Numbered from the whole stretch's first letter, positions 1 to 9,488 are shown. The stretch is 61,070 nt of DNA, filler included, from an uncultured bacterium (GCA_964609495.1; 3 parts of 3 records of this genome joined end to end with filler, not necessarily neighbours in it), one strand, 5' to 3'. Program-made: numbers and translations. Notes: generated by a model from the sequence alone, not told the origin.

Positions 1-52
1 AAAGGTAACTTTTTTAACCGTGAGTTCTATTTGAGGCAAAAAGTTACCTTTT
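1..52. repeat. ~51-bp palindromic element, copy 1
   Basis: Perfect 14-bp inverted arms aaaggtaacttttt (1-14) / aaaaagttaccttt (38-51); related copy at 52224-52274, half copies at 59807-59832 and ~75-94. Confidence 0.75.
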
Positions 53-96
53 AGGAGAGAATTTCTCCCCCCAATTGCTGGCAAAAGTTTCCCTCT

Positions 97-852
97 CTAC
101 TCTCCTAAGTAAGCTCCTATAACCCGAGGGTCGTTCTGAACTTGCGAGGGAGGTCCCTCCGCTATTTTCCGCCCATAATTTAATACTACCACGTTATCCG
201 ATATCTCCATCACTAAGCTCATATCGTGCTCTACCAAGAGAACAGTTACTCCCTTATCCCTTATCCGATAGATCAAATCCCCTAACTCCTCCGTCTCCCT
301 GGTATTCAATCCCGCGGCTGGTTCATCTAAGAGGATAACCACCGGAGCAAGGGCAAGAGCTCGAGCGATCTCCAATAATCTCTGCTGACCAAATGGCAGA
401 TCATAAGCGAATTCATTCGCTCTATCCTCTAAACCAACGAATCTTAAGATCTCCAAAGCCTTCTCCAATATCGATCTCTCTTCAGCTCTACAGAGCGGAG
501 ATTTAAACGCCGCCTTCCAGATTCCCGTCTTAGTCCCGGTATGACATCCCACCATAACGTTCTCTATAGCAGTCATATTACCAAATAGTTGGACGTTCTG
601 GAACGTCCTAGATATCCCCAAAGAGGCGATCTTGTGAGGGGGCAAATGCGTTATATTCATATCCTTGAAGTAGATCTCGCCCGAGGTAGGAGCATAGATC
701 CCACTTATCAGATTATATAAGGTAGTCTTTCCCGCTCCGTTAGGTCCTATAATAGCCTTTATCCTTCCTTCCTCGAGCGAGAAACTAACCTCATGGACTG
801 CCATTACTCCCCCAAAGGATTTAGATACATTATCTACGCGCAAAATAGGCAC
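97..852 (-). CDS. livG: Branched-chain amino acid-type ABC transporter ATP-binding protein (LivG-like)
   Basis: Walker A GPNGAGKTT, LPFGQQRLLEIARALA, LLDEPAAGLN, C-terminal VIGAYLG. Confidence 0.9.
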   Translation of the reverse strand: MPILRVDNVSKSFGGVMAVHEVSFSLEEGRIKAIIGPNGAGKTTLYNLISGIYAPTSGEIYFKDMNITHLPPHKIASLGISRTFQNVQLFGNMTAIENVMVGCHTGTKTGIWKAAFKSPLCRAEERSILEKALEILRFVGLEDRANEFAYDLPFGQQRLLEIARALALAPVVILLDEPAAGLNTRETEELGDLIYRIRDKGVTVLLVEHDMSLVMEISDNVVVLNYGRKIAEGPPSQVQNDPRVIGAYLGE

Positions 853-871
853 AACTTTTGCCCTCCTCTAT

Positions 872-1699
872 TTAAAGGCGCGGAGTTAATTCGGATGTTG
901 CGATAAAGAACATCGCGAGCAAAGTTCTATAGATAGCAGGAAAGTTATCCGTTGTATAGGAAGTCCTCATCAATCCCTCGTGTTTTACTTGAGGCATCAT
1001 CGCTACGTAAGAAGCAGTTTGATGGGTATCCCAATCGACCTCCAGGCGAATAGGAGGATCATAGGTGAAGGGATCGAAATCGGATAATCTATCTAATGAG
1101 CGTTTAGCGGCATCCTTGATCAATCCTCTCGCCTTCGAGAGAGGAAGACAACGGGCGGCATAGCGACTGAGGGAATACTTAACGATGGCTGTTTCCATAT
1201 CCCCAAGGGAATTTTTCATATCCTTACAGACCAGATCATCGCCAGTTACTAAGACCGTGGGGATACCATAATGCCCTGCTAAAGCGGCGGATATCTGCCC
1301 CTCTCCTACTGATTGCCCATTTATCCTGACATCCCGCAATCTATATCCATTTAAGACATGGCTCAATATCCCTGGCTGACCTGAGCGAGCATGATAACCG
1401 ATTAAGAAACAAGCATCAAAGGATTCGTCCAATCCCTCGAAGAAGATCACCGGTTGTCCTCTTATCAACTCGGCTAAGGGATTAAGATCTTCCAGCAAAA
1501 CATTGCGAAAATCGAGGCCATGGGAATCGTGGACGACTATACTTTCCGCTCCAGCCTCTACAGCTCCGCTTATAGCCGCATTGACATCTCCAGTGATGTA
1601 ATGTTGAATTACGTTATAATCAGGACCTCCCGGATTAACCTCCTTCCCACTTACAATCCCAGATATCCCTTCATTATCAACGGAAATCACTACTCTCAT
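872..1699 (-). CDS. dppA: M55 family D-aminopeptidase (DppA-like)
   Basis: ISVDNEGISG (DxEG), DSHG, GYHAR, SH metal-binding motifs. Confidence 0.88.
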   Translation of the reverse strand: MRVVISVDNEGISGIVSGKEVNPGGPDYNVIQHYITGDVNAAISGAVEAGAESIVVHDSHGLDFRNVLLEDLNPLAELIRGQPVIFFEGLDESFDACFLIGYHARSGQPGILSHVLNGYRLRDVRINGQSVGEGQISAALAGHYGIPTVLVTGDDLVCKDMKNSLGDMETAIVKYSLSRYAARCLPLSKARGLIKDAAKRSLDRLSDFDPFTYDPPIRLEVDWDTHQTASYVAMMPQVKHEGLMRTSYTTDNFPAIYRTLLAMFFIATSELTPRL

Positions 1700-1766
1700 C
1701 TGTCCATCATCCTATCACTTGATTATCTATTCAAAAACTTCCTTAACTCCGCCATATCGCTTATAT

Positions 1767-3029
1767 CTATATACTTGAGGCATCAATCATAGACTGCCAG
1801 GGGTAACATCTTGGGAAAAGATAAGTGGCTAAATCGAGCGCTTTCTCCAGGGAGAGGGGATCCCCTCCTCCATATCCGCAAACAAGCTCAACTCCTCCCA
1901 GATTATATAGATCCACTAAGCCCCGATACCCAATAAGCAATTGTTCTAATCCTCCTCCAGAAACAGTTATACCTAGATCGGCTTTAACTCGATCCTCTGA
2001 ATGAATTTTGCCTTTATCCAATACAAGGGTGTCTTTCTCTCCCTCCTCTCTGGAAATAATTAAACTTCCTCGCCAATCGCGGTAAGGAGACGCTTTCAAT
2101 CTCTTCTCCAATTCGGGAGAGATCGCTCTCAGATAACTCGATAACTCCCCTATCTTGATCATCCTCCTCCAGCTCTGCCATCCGACATATAGCTCTGTCC
2201 TAGCTCCGAAATCCCTCAATATATCATTTAGAGGGTGATCTATAGCTAACACCGATCTTATCTCTGGAAGTTTCAGTTCTATAGCTCGCTTAGCTAAATA
2301 TCCTAGAAGGGAAAGATATACCTCTGCCCTTCCTAGCTTATTAGTCGCCTCCACTACAGTTAAGTTATCGCTCTCCTTTTGGAATATCAGATAGGCTATA
2401 ATCTCCCCCTCATCCTTGACGACGAGGAAGTTATCCCTTACAAAATCATAAGCCTCGGTAACCCATTTCCAAGAAGCCTCAGATCTCACTATGGATCCGG
2501 TAATTCCAGAGAAGAAATCGTTACTGAGCTTCATTACCTCTCCTAGATCGCTGCTCTGATAGTCCCTTATCTCGATCTTATTATCCTCTTGAGGTATATT
2601 TAATACTCCGATCTTAGTAGCCACTCGATCTATGTAAGCTTCCCATCCCATATTGCGATAGTAATTGGGGATAGGTGTAGTCAAGATCTCTGCGACTTGA
2701 CCGTTCTCCTTCATATAATCGAGGAAATCCAACATCAATTGATAAGCATATCTATGCCCTCTATAATCAGGATGAGTCGCCACAAATCTGATTCCCCCAA
2801 TAGGAATCTCTGCCATCCCCACTCGCATAATTCGGGGAATAAAATGGACATGACTTACTATCCTTCCGTCAACAGCGACTATCCTCCTATGAGCTGGAAC
2901 ATAATTGGGATCTGTTATATCTTTCTTGAAGTTGGCTAAAGATTCCTCAGTTTCTTGAAAGACAGTCACTAAGAGATCGAATATCTGATCCTCATCACCC
3001 TTATTAGCATAGCGATATTCTGCCTTCAC
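1767..3029 (-). CDS. Eis-like GNAT acetyltransferase (tandem GNAT plus SCP2-like C-terminus)
   Basis: VATHPDYRGHRYA acetyl-CoA motif, YYRNMGW, 420 aa, LEQLLIGYR C-terminal region. Confidence 0.8.
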   Translation of the reverse strand: MKAEYRYANKGDEDQIFDLLVTVFQETEESLANFKKDITDPNYVPAHRRIVAVDGRIVSHVHFIPRIMRVGMAEIPIGGIRFVATHPDYRGHRYAYQLMLDFLDYMKENGQVAEILTTPIPNYYRNMGWEAYIDRVATKIGVLNIPQEDNKIEIRDYQSSDLGEVMKLSNDFFSGITGSIVRSEASWKWVTEAYDFVRDNFLVVKDEGEIIAYLIFQKESDNLTVVEATNKLGRAEVYLSLLGYLAKRAIELKLPEIRSVLAIDHPLNDILRDFGARTELYVGWQSWRRMIKIGELSSYLRAISPELEKRLKASPYRDWRGSLIISREEGEKDTLVLDKGKIHSEDRVKADLGITVSGGGLEQLLIGYRGLVDLYNLGGVELVCGYGGGDPLSLEKALDLATYLFPRCYPWQSMIDASSI

Positions 3030-3060
3030 ATCATAATACCCTCAACTTTCCCCTAAAAGA

Positions 3061-3870
3061 TCAATCCTTGAACTTTCTCTTTATTCCAGCTATATCTAAG
3101 ATGCATTGCGTTCTCTCTGCGATATCTCTAGCTGACTCCTCGATCTTAGCCTCAGTCCAATCGGGGTGATCCTGTCTGAATTTATCCCTTAGCTTACTCT
3201 CAGTATAATCCTCAGTCACCGCCCAAATAGAGGCTTGAATGAGGCTAGGATGCAGTTCCCCTTGAACTCCATACTCCCCTATCCCCCACTCAGCTAATTT
3301 AATGATCCTTATCTCCTCCTCGCTAGCTCCTTGAATACTGATAGTATTCCCCTTTATCTCAATCTCCTTGCTTAATTCGTATATCTTGCTCTCCATCTTG
3401 ACAAATGTGGAGAGTAGTTTGAACAACTCTCCCTCATCCTCCGGAGGTTTGAGGCTATAACTAGCTCCATATTGAGAGGGGGCATCGGCAGGAGGAGGTA
3501 TATCCTCCTCAAGGCAATAGGTATCTAATTCGATAAGGACATCTATCTGATGCGCCTTCAGGCTTATTACCTGAGAGCGAATAACGATCATATCCTGCAT
3601 GACATCTTCTATATCATCTAAGATCAAGCCTCTAGGAATCTTTATATTAATATCCTTTTCCGTATTATTGTTTAATACAAGGCTCATTCCCATATTAGTC
3701 CCATTACCTCTAATATCCTCTAATTTTACTTTCCCCTCCCCTATCGCCTTAATTATGTCACAGTAGGATTGATTCTGAGCCAGAGCAGTCTGCATATAAA
3801 ATATAGCCAAGACCAACGAGATCTTAACTGAGATCACAACTATAAAATTATCATATTTTCTATCCGACAT
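3061..3870 (-). CDS. Exported hypothetical protein with thioester-domain-like motifs
   Basis: Signal peptide ending ALA-Q; motifs MQDMIV, TYCLEE, IQASIW. Confidence 0.7.
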   Translation of the reverse strand: MSDRKYDNFIVVISVKISLVLAIFYMQTALAQNQSYCDIIKAIGEGKVKLEDIRGNGTNMGMSLVLNNNTEKDINIKIPRGLILDDIEDVMQDMIVIRSQVISLKAHQIDVLIELDTYCLEEDIPPPADAPSQYGASYSLKPPEDEGELFKLLSTFVKMESKIYELSKEIEIKGNTISIQGASEEEIRIIKLAEWGIGEYGVQGELHPSLIQASIWAVTEDYTESKLRDKFRQDHPDWTEAKIEESARDIAERTQCILDIAGIKRKFKD

Positions 3871-3877
3871 AGATCGC

Positions 3878-4768
3878 TCAATCTTCCTCAGTTACTAATG
3901 GTCTCCTCCGAGAGAGGAGCTTACTCAATTTTACCTCAGCCGAGATCACTCCCAGTAAGATAAGTATAGCTCCTATCCAACCCCGTAAGGTCAATCTCTC
4001 CGCCGCCAGAAGATAGGCAAATAAAGCCGCGAAGACTGGCTCCATCGTGAAGATCAGAGCAGTGTGAGTTGGAGTTGTGAATTTCTGGGCTAAGTTCTGA
4101 AGCGAGAAAGCTAAGGCAGTCGCCATAATCCCCGTGATCAGAAGGGCTACTATCACATAAGGAGATATAGTAACGGGGAATGTTTCTGCCGTGAGGCGAA
4201 ATATCCAACTACCTAAGGCTGAGACTCCAATCTGAATCGTAGTCAAGACCGAAGTATCCATCTTAGGAGCATATTTTCCCACTAAGATGATATGGATAGC
4301 GAAGGAGAAGGCGCAAGCTAGAACTAAAAGATCACCCTTGTTTAAAGAGAGAGTATCGTTAATGGAAAGGAATCCCAGACCTACCGTAGCTAATATCACC
4401 CCTATGATCGCTGATGAAGAGGGAAGTCGTCGGAGAAACAAAGTGGAAAGCATAGGAACGAGAACCACATATAATCCAGTTATAAATCCCGCTTTAGAGG
4501 CTGTAGTCCATTGCAATCCTAGAGTTTGAAAAGCGTAGCCAGCGAAGAGGAAAATCCCAATCCAAGCTCCAGCAAGCAACTCCTCTCTCCTTGAATTCCT
4601 AATCCTCTTGAAGAAGATAACGAAGAGGAAGAGAAAAGCTAGGGAGAAGCGAAGAGTTAAGAAGTTATAAGTGCCAGTTATGGCTATAGCGTTTTTGACT
4701 AAAACGAAGGTTGAACCCCAAATTAAAGCAACGAATAAGAGCCCCAGATCAGCTTTCCACTGTTTCAT
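3878..4768 (-). CDS. DMT/EamA family transporter
   Basis: About 10 TM segments, IWGSTFVLVK, ASKAGFITGLYV, MEPVFA; ATG at 4768 overlaps an upstream TGA (ATGA). Confidence 0.9.
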   Translation of the reverse strand: MKQWKADLGLLFVALIWGSTFVLVKNAIAITGTYNFLTLRFSLAFLFLFVIFFKRIRNSRREELLAGAWIGIFLFAGYAFQTLGLQWTTASKAGFITGLYVVLVPMLSTLFLRRLPSSSAIIGVILATVGLGFLSINDTLSLNKGDLLVLACAFSFAIHIILVGKYAPKMDTSVLTTIQIGVSALGSWIFRLTAETFPVTISPYVIVALLITGIMATALAFSLQNLAQKFTTPTHTALIFTMEPVFAALFAYLLAAERLTLRGWIGAILILLGVISAEVKLSKLLSRRRPLVTEED

Positions 4769-4851
4769 ATCAATATCACGCAACTATCGACGTTCCAGCC
4801 CACCTCGATTTTATCCCCTACCTTCGGTCTTCCCATTATATTTACATTGAG
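4765..4851 (-). pseudogene. 3' remnant of a PotA/MalK-type ABC ATPase (TOBE tail)
   Basis: Translates LNVNIMGRPKVGDKIEVGWNVDSCVILI*; its stop overlaps the EamA start. Confidence 0.5.
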
Positions 4852-4940
4852 GAAATTATTAAAAATGATGAAGAGAGGCTCAAGGCAGTTGCCCAGCAAT
4901 CTCCTCATCACCGTTTATCATCAATAAAGCCGAGAATAAA

Positions 4941-5060
4941 TTATCCCTTTAACCCGGTCAGAGCTATTCCTTGAATAAAAGTCCTCTGGGTGAAGAAGAA
5001 CAAAACGATAATCGGAACGATCATCACTGTTGAGGCCGCCATCAGCAATGACCATTCTGT
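4941..5060 (-). pseudogene. 3' remnant of a carbohydrate ABC permease
   Basis: Translates [39 protein letters not shown], closely matching the C-terminus of the intact permease at 42422-43315; no upstream body. Confidence 0.85.
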
Positions 5061-5101
5061 GCGACATCCGACAACATTATTACTATCAAAACTACAATTT
5101 A

Positions 5102-5130
5102 AGTATATCACATAGCTTAGGAGATGTCAA
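5102..5130 (-). promoter_or_regulatory. Sigma70-type promoter
   Basis: TTGACA-N17-TATACT with extended -10 TG. Confidence 0.65.
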
Positions 5131-5245
5131 GAGATACTCATGCCAAAATGTAACAATTTGGGCAAGATGCTTTATGATTTGCCTGACATAGGTTGTAAAG
5201 CCACCCCACTCGTCTCTGCTGTAAGGGACTCATTTGTCATAGGTT

Positions 5246-6046
5246 TTAAGACAGTTGAAGCGTTGTGATCAATCCATAATGGTCGGAAGGACATACCCTA
5301 TCTTCATTTGATTTATTTGCTATCAACTTACAATCAATAATTTTACCAACTTTACCCCTCTCTGGGGTAACAAATATATAATCTATCCTCTTTCTAAAGT
5401 CTCCTGCGCAACATGTGAAGCCACCTTCAGTCCCGTGGATCTTCGCCCACGAGTCCTGGAAAAGCGTTTTTCTCCCCTTGAGTAAAATCATACCAGTTAT
5501 GAATTTGATAGGCTCTTGATCTAGCGTAGCATTAAAATCTCCTACTATTACCTTTGGTAGGTTGCTTTCAAAATTTTCTAAAAAATCAACAACTTCAATT
5601 ATAACCCGTTTTCTAGCTTTATCACTTAGTGATAGATGGGTATTAAAGAAATTAAACTGGCCAACTGGAAGATCAATTACCGCTCTTAGGACTATCCTTT
5701 GATGGCGCTTATCAAGTTCATCCTCCATATCGCGAGAAAGCCGAATGTAGCTTGAATCTATAATATCGAATTTTGATAGTATCGCTAAGCCTTCCCATCT
5801 ATCAGCACTGTCGATTTGTGCCTTTTCAAAAGTGAATCTATAGTCAGTCAGTCTTTCGGCGATTTGTTCAGCTTGGTTCTTCTCCGGGTCGTATCTTTCA
5901 TCATATCTAATTTCTTGAAGTCCGATAACATCTGGTTTATGAAGCCCGATCAAATCTGCAATTAAATTAAGTCTTATATGCCAAGGCTCATTGTAATTCC
6001 AGATGTTTAGCGTCATTACTTTCACAGTGAGGTGATTTACAACCAT
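5246..6046 (-). CDS. Endonuclease/exonuclease/phosphatase (EEP) family protein
   Basis: TLNIWN, GLQEI, GDFN, RIDYIF, SDH motifs. Confidence 0.9.
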   Translation of the reverse strand: MVVNHLTVKVMTLNIWNYNEPWHIRLNLIADLIGLHKPDVIGLQEIRYDERYDPEKNQAEQIAERLTDYRFTFEKAQIDSADRWEGLAILSKFDIIDSSYIRLSRDMEDELDKRHQRIVLRAVIDLPVGQFNFFNTHLSLSDKARKRVIIEVVDFLENFESNLPKVIVGDFNATLDQEPIKFITGMILLKGRKTLFQDSWAKIHGTEGGFTCCAGDFRKRIDYIFVTPERGKVGKIIDCKLIANKSNEDRVCPSDHYGLITTLQLS

Positions 6047-6099
6047 TTTTATACCTCCTGTATTGACATTTTAGCTAATTCTTTCTTGATTGGAGTATG

Positions 6100-6666
6100 T
6101 CAACCTTTTATCCCTGTCAACACTACTCCTTTAATGAAGTGCCTCTGCAAAGACATAAAGACGATCATTATGGGAAGAAGGACTACTACCGAGGCCGCCA
6201 TAAGCACATTATAATCGGTAGAATATCGCCCTTCATACATAGCCAATCCAACTGGCAAGGTGTATAGCTCCTCTGATCTAGTAACTATTAATGGCCATAA
6301 GAAGGAGTTCCAATTCCCCATAAAGATAAAGATGATCAGCACCGCCAAAGCTGGTTTCATATTCGGCACCACGATATTAAAAAATATCCTTAACTCCCCA
6401 CAACCATCTATCCGAGCGGCATCAAGCAGATCCTCAGGGATAGAGAGCCTAGATTGTCGCATAAAGAATATCCCAAAGGCACTGGCGCAAGCTGGGATGA
6501 TCAAACCCTTATAGATATCTATCCAGCCGAAACGATTGACCATTATAAATAGAGGCACCATCAGCACTTGGAAGGGGATCATCAAAGTGCCTATAATTAT
6601 GAGGAAGAAAACATCTCGCCCCCAATAGCGGAATTTGGAAAGCAATGTTAAATTGTGAGATAGCAA
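6100..6666 (-). pseudogene. 5'-truncated carbohydrate ABC permease (MalG/UgpE type)
   Basis: EAA loop DAARIDGC and WNSFLWPL present; roughly the first 100 aa are missing relative to the 297-aa homologue in this window, and there is no canonical start with RBS. Confidence 0.75.
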
Positions 6667-6697
6667 GCAATTACCCGCTCCTAATAAGCAAACCTCC

Positions 6698-8647
6698 CTA
6701 TTTATTATAAGAGTGGGTAAGAGCTATGCCCTTCTCGTAGGCATTCTTCAGGCGCTCATAGTTCTTCTTCAAGGTCTCATACTCCTTGAGCTTGAAGTTG
6801 GGGTCTTCCATAGCTTGATAGATAATAGCCCCCTCGGCATCCTTAGGGATTGGGATATCCATCATATAGCAGACAGTAGGGACTATATCGGTAAGCCGGA
6901 TATTTCGCTTAAGAATACATCCCTTCTTGATATTAGGTCCCTTCATTATAAGCAGACCCCTAAGAGAGCCTACACCATATTCCGCGGTAGGCAGTTGCAT
7001 TCCATGACAGCCCCCTGTAGAGCCGCCATAATTTGAAGTTATACTATATATAATATCCCCTACTCGGTCGCTATATAGACCTATCATCCGGGCATCTTCC
7101 TTACGCAGAGCGAGAGAGATAGGCTTCTCTCCAGTTTCAGGGTCGGTATAATCATAGAGAAGCTTGATTATCTCAGTTCGTAATCTCTCATATCCCTCCC
7201 CAGGCTCTACTATTCCATCTGGGTCTCTACCCTTGAGGTTGATATAGATATAGACAGATCGCTGACATACCGCCTTCGTCCTACTCCAATCGATCTCTTC
7301 CTCCCCAGTCTCAGGATTCTCCCTATAGACGGTTAAGCCAGCTTCCCTTAAAATCTTGCCAGAGTTGAAGATGTGTTTAGTAGGGATCGCTCCATGATCG
7401 GAGGGAATTATGATCAGGGTATCTTCACCCAATACCTCCAACATCTGCCCCAACATCTTGTCGAGGCTCTCATAGAATCTCGCTTCCGCCGCTAAATATT
7501 CATCTAATCTACTTTTATCCTTACAGGTAGTTGGATCCAGCTCATCTATGAAGGCATGATAGGACCAATCGGGGCAATGAGCGTGCATGAAGAAGAGATC
7601 CCAATCGTAGTTCTTCATTAGATAAGTGGCGGCATCGGCATACCATTTATTCTGAAATTCTATGACCTCTACAAAGGTCGTCAAATCTATCCATTCCAGA
7701 TGAAATTGCGTCATCGGAAGTTCAGGTATAGGAAGCCCTTCCTTTGATTCTATTTTAGCGGCTACCTCCTCTGGATAGGACCAGCCATCTAGTTGACATA
7801 AGGGAGTGAAGTATAATCTGAGCTTATCTGCTTCAGGGGATAGCTCGATCAGCTTCACTCGAAAGGCGACTTTTTTCACTCCCTTCTCAGTTTTGAAATC
7901 CTCGTAGATATGATCGCTCCACTCACCTACCTTCAGGGAGCATATCACATCCTTACCATCCTTAGTCTTAGCCAAGGTGACTCTGTCATACTTACCATCA
8001 GCCACTTGCACCAGAAGATACCATCTCTTCTCATCCTCAACTTTAATTTCAGAATCACGATAGACCAATTCAATAGGAGTTTCCAGGGCTTTATCTCCTA
8101 TCGAGATATTTTGCCAACCCGAAGCCTCCTCAAGCTCCACCTGATTCGCCAAAGGATATTCCTCTATCGAGAATAGTTGATCGTTAGCTATAGTGCAATT
8201 ATGTCCAAAGCCACCTCCAGATCGCCACTCATTTATACTCAGTCCAGCTCCAGCTATCTGAATCCCATCCTTTATAGTTGGGGGCCAACTAGAGGGATAA
8301 TTCATAATTATACTCTTCTTTCCCACTGCTTCTGCCGCATTCCAAATGTACTCCGCCCGACAATCCCCTGTATCAAATCCCTGATGAATTTCATCAAGCG
8401 GATCTCCAGAGAGGTGAACGTTGAAACAGGTTATCCCATGCGTCCCCGGCCAAGCACCAGTAACGATCGTGGTCCAGTTAGGAGGCGTGATAGTGGGGAA
8501 CGGGACTAGACAATTTTCAGCGAACACTCCTTCTTCTATCAATTTAGCGAAATTAGGGAGTTTGCCCTCCTTGGCTAATCTAAATAAGGTCTTAGAAATA
8601 GGAGCATCTAAGCCGATAAGGGCAAGTTTCTTAGGCGATTTAACCAT
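6698..8647 (-). CDS. Alkaline phosphatase superfamily type I phosphodiesterase / nucleotide pyrophosphatase
   Basis: IGLDA, FPTITPPNWTTIVTGAWPGTHGI, SDHG; RBS AAGGAGG before ATG 8647. Confidence 0.85.
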   Translation of the reverse strand: MVKSPKKLALIGLDAPISKTLFRLAKEGKLPNFAKLIEEGVFAENCLVPFPTITPPNWTTIVTGAWPGTHGITCFNVHLSGDPLDEIHQGFDTGDCRAEYIWNAAEAVGKKSIIMNYPSSWPPTIKDGIQIAGAGLSINEWRSGGGFGHNCTIANDQLFSIEEYPLANQVELEEASGWQNISIGDKALETPIELVYRDSEIKVEDEKRWYLLVQVADGKYDRVTLAKTKDGKDVICSLKVGEWSDHIYEDFKTEKGVKKVAFRVKLIELSPEADKLRLYFTPLCQLDGWSYPEEVAAKIESKEGLPIPELPMTQFHLEWIDLTTFVEVIEFQNKWYADAATYLMKNYDWDLFFMHAHCPDWSYHAFIDELDPTTCKDKSRLDEYLAAEARFYESLDKMLGQMLEVLGEDTLIIIPSDHGAIPTKHIFNSGKILREAGLTVYRENPETGEEEIDWSRTKAVCQRSVYIYINLKGRDPDGIVEPGEGYERLRTEIIKLLYDYTDPETGEKPISLALRKEDARMIGLYSDRVGDIIYSITSNYGGSTGGCHGMQLPTAEYGVGSLRGLLIMKGPNIKKGCILKRNIRLTDIVPTVCYMMDIPIPKDAEGAIIYQAMEDPNFKLKEYETLKKNYERLKNAYEKGIALTHSYNK

Positions 8648-8709
8648 TACAAATTCCTCCTTACAGAGATATTTTGAGAACCGAGAGAAGAATAACATCA
8701 TTTAAGTAG

Positions 8710-8738
8710 AGTATAGCAAAGCAGGACAACTTTGTCAA
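8710..8738 (-). promoter_or_regulatory. Sigma70-type promoter
   Basis: TTGACA-N17-TATACT with TG extension. Confidence 0.7.
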
Positions 8739-8927
8739 CTGAGTTTTATCCAATTTCAAAATACTGAAAAATAATAGGGGTAGGATAAAACAGAAAGTTA
8801 AAATGAATATAATCCTACTATTCGAGGGAGTCGAGGATGAGATATCTAAAACCTCAAAGATTTGGAGAGGAAAGTGGTTTTTTGGATTACATAACTATCA
8901 GAGTCGGGTTGTAATCATAAGATCAGG

Positions 8928-8961
8928 AAAGCCCTCTCAGCCTTTTAGCCAAGAGGGCTTT
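8928..8961 (-). terminator. Intrinsic terminator after the small-ORF pair
   Basis: Stem aaagccctcttggct / ggctgagagggcttt. Confidence 0.7.
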
Positions 8962-8979
8962 GATTTCCGCATTCAGAAG

Positions 8980-9048
8980 TTATTTCTTCTTAGGTTTCTT
9001 CTTGGTCTTTTCCTTCTTCATCTTTTCCTTCTTCTTCTCCTCCGCCAT
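8980..9048 (-). CDS. 22-aa lysine-rich peptide MAEEKKKEKMKKEKTKKKPKKK (absent from the ORF track)
   Basis: Strong RBS AAGGAGGGG 7 nt before ATG, TAA stop, then a terminator; 13 of 22 residues are Lys. Confidence 0.65.
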   Translation of the reverse strand: MAEEKKKEKMKKEKTKKKPKKK

Positions 9049-9090
9049 ATCTATCCCCTCCTTCACATTATATTTTCCAAAGAGAAAAAT

Positions 9091-9363
9091 CTAATTATCC
9101 TCCTCATCAGAATCATCGTAGCCTTCGTAATCCCTTTTCGCTTTTAGTTCAGCACCGCACTCTGGGCAGGAGACTACTACATCTTGAGGGGAGATAGAAC
9201 CACACTCAGGACAAGTGGCTTGCACCTTAGGATCATTGAGATCTGGCGCAGCAAACTCCGTCCCACACTCTAGACAGGTGGTTTTGAGCTCCTTAAAGGG
9301 CTTCACCTTTACGGGTTCTCCACATTCATGACAACTGAGATCAGCTCGCTTCATTCGTGCCAT
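9091..9363 (-). CDS. Small double zinc-ribbon protein with acidic tail
   Basis: Four CxxC motifs (CHEC, CLEC, CPEC, CPEC); RBS GGAGGTG before ATG 9363; tail DDSDEEDN. Confidence 0.8.
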   Translation of the reverse strand: MARMKRADLSCHECGEPVKVKPFKELKTTCLECGTEFAAPDLNDPKVQATCPECGSISPQDVVVSCPECGAELKAKRDYEGYDDSDEEDN

Positions 9364-9460
9364 AGCGTTCACCTCCGAATATCAGGTAAGATAATCGCTG
9401 TTATTTCCATCCGGAGGCTGCCCGGAGGATAGACATACGATACTATATCTTGCAACTATA

Positions 9461-9488
9461 TATACGAGAAAGTTTAAAAAAAGTTCAA
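9461..9488 (-). promoter_or_regulatory. Putative ECF-sigma promoter
   Basis: TTGAAC-N16-CGTATA fits the AAC-N16-CGT pattern of SigW/M/X-type promoters. Confidence 0.4.

Noticed and set aside
4862-4922. Fluoride riboswitch upstream of the EamA transporter
   Set aside because: GGTGATG is present but the GTTCxCC, AACCGC and CTGATGAC elements are not
5180-5250. Hammerhead-like or riboswitch-like segment with cataggtt repeats
   Set aside because: The CUGAUGA and GAAA cores are absent; only short repeats remain
9091-9363. LysW amino-group carrier (CPECGAEL similarity)
   Set aside because: Lacks the C-terminal EDWGE motif, has four CxxC rather than two, and no lysX/argX genes are nearby
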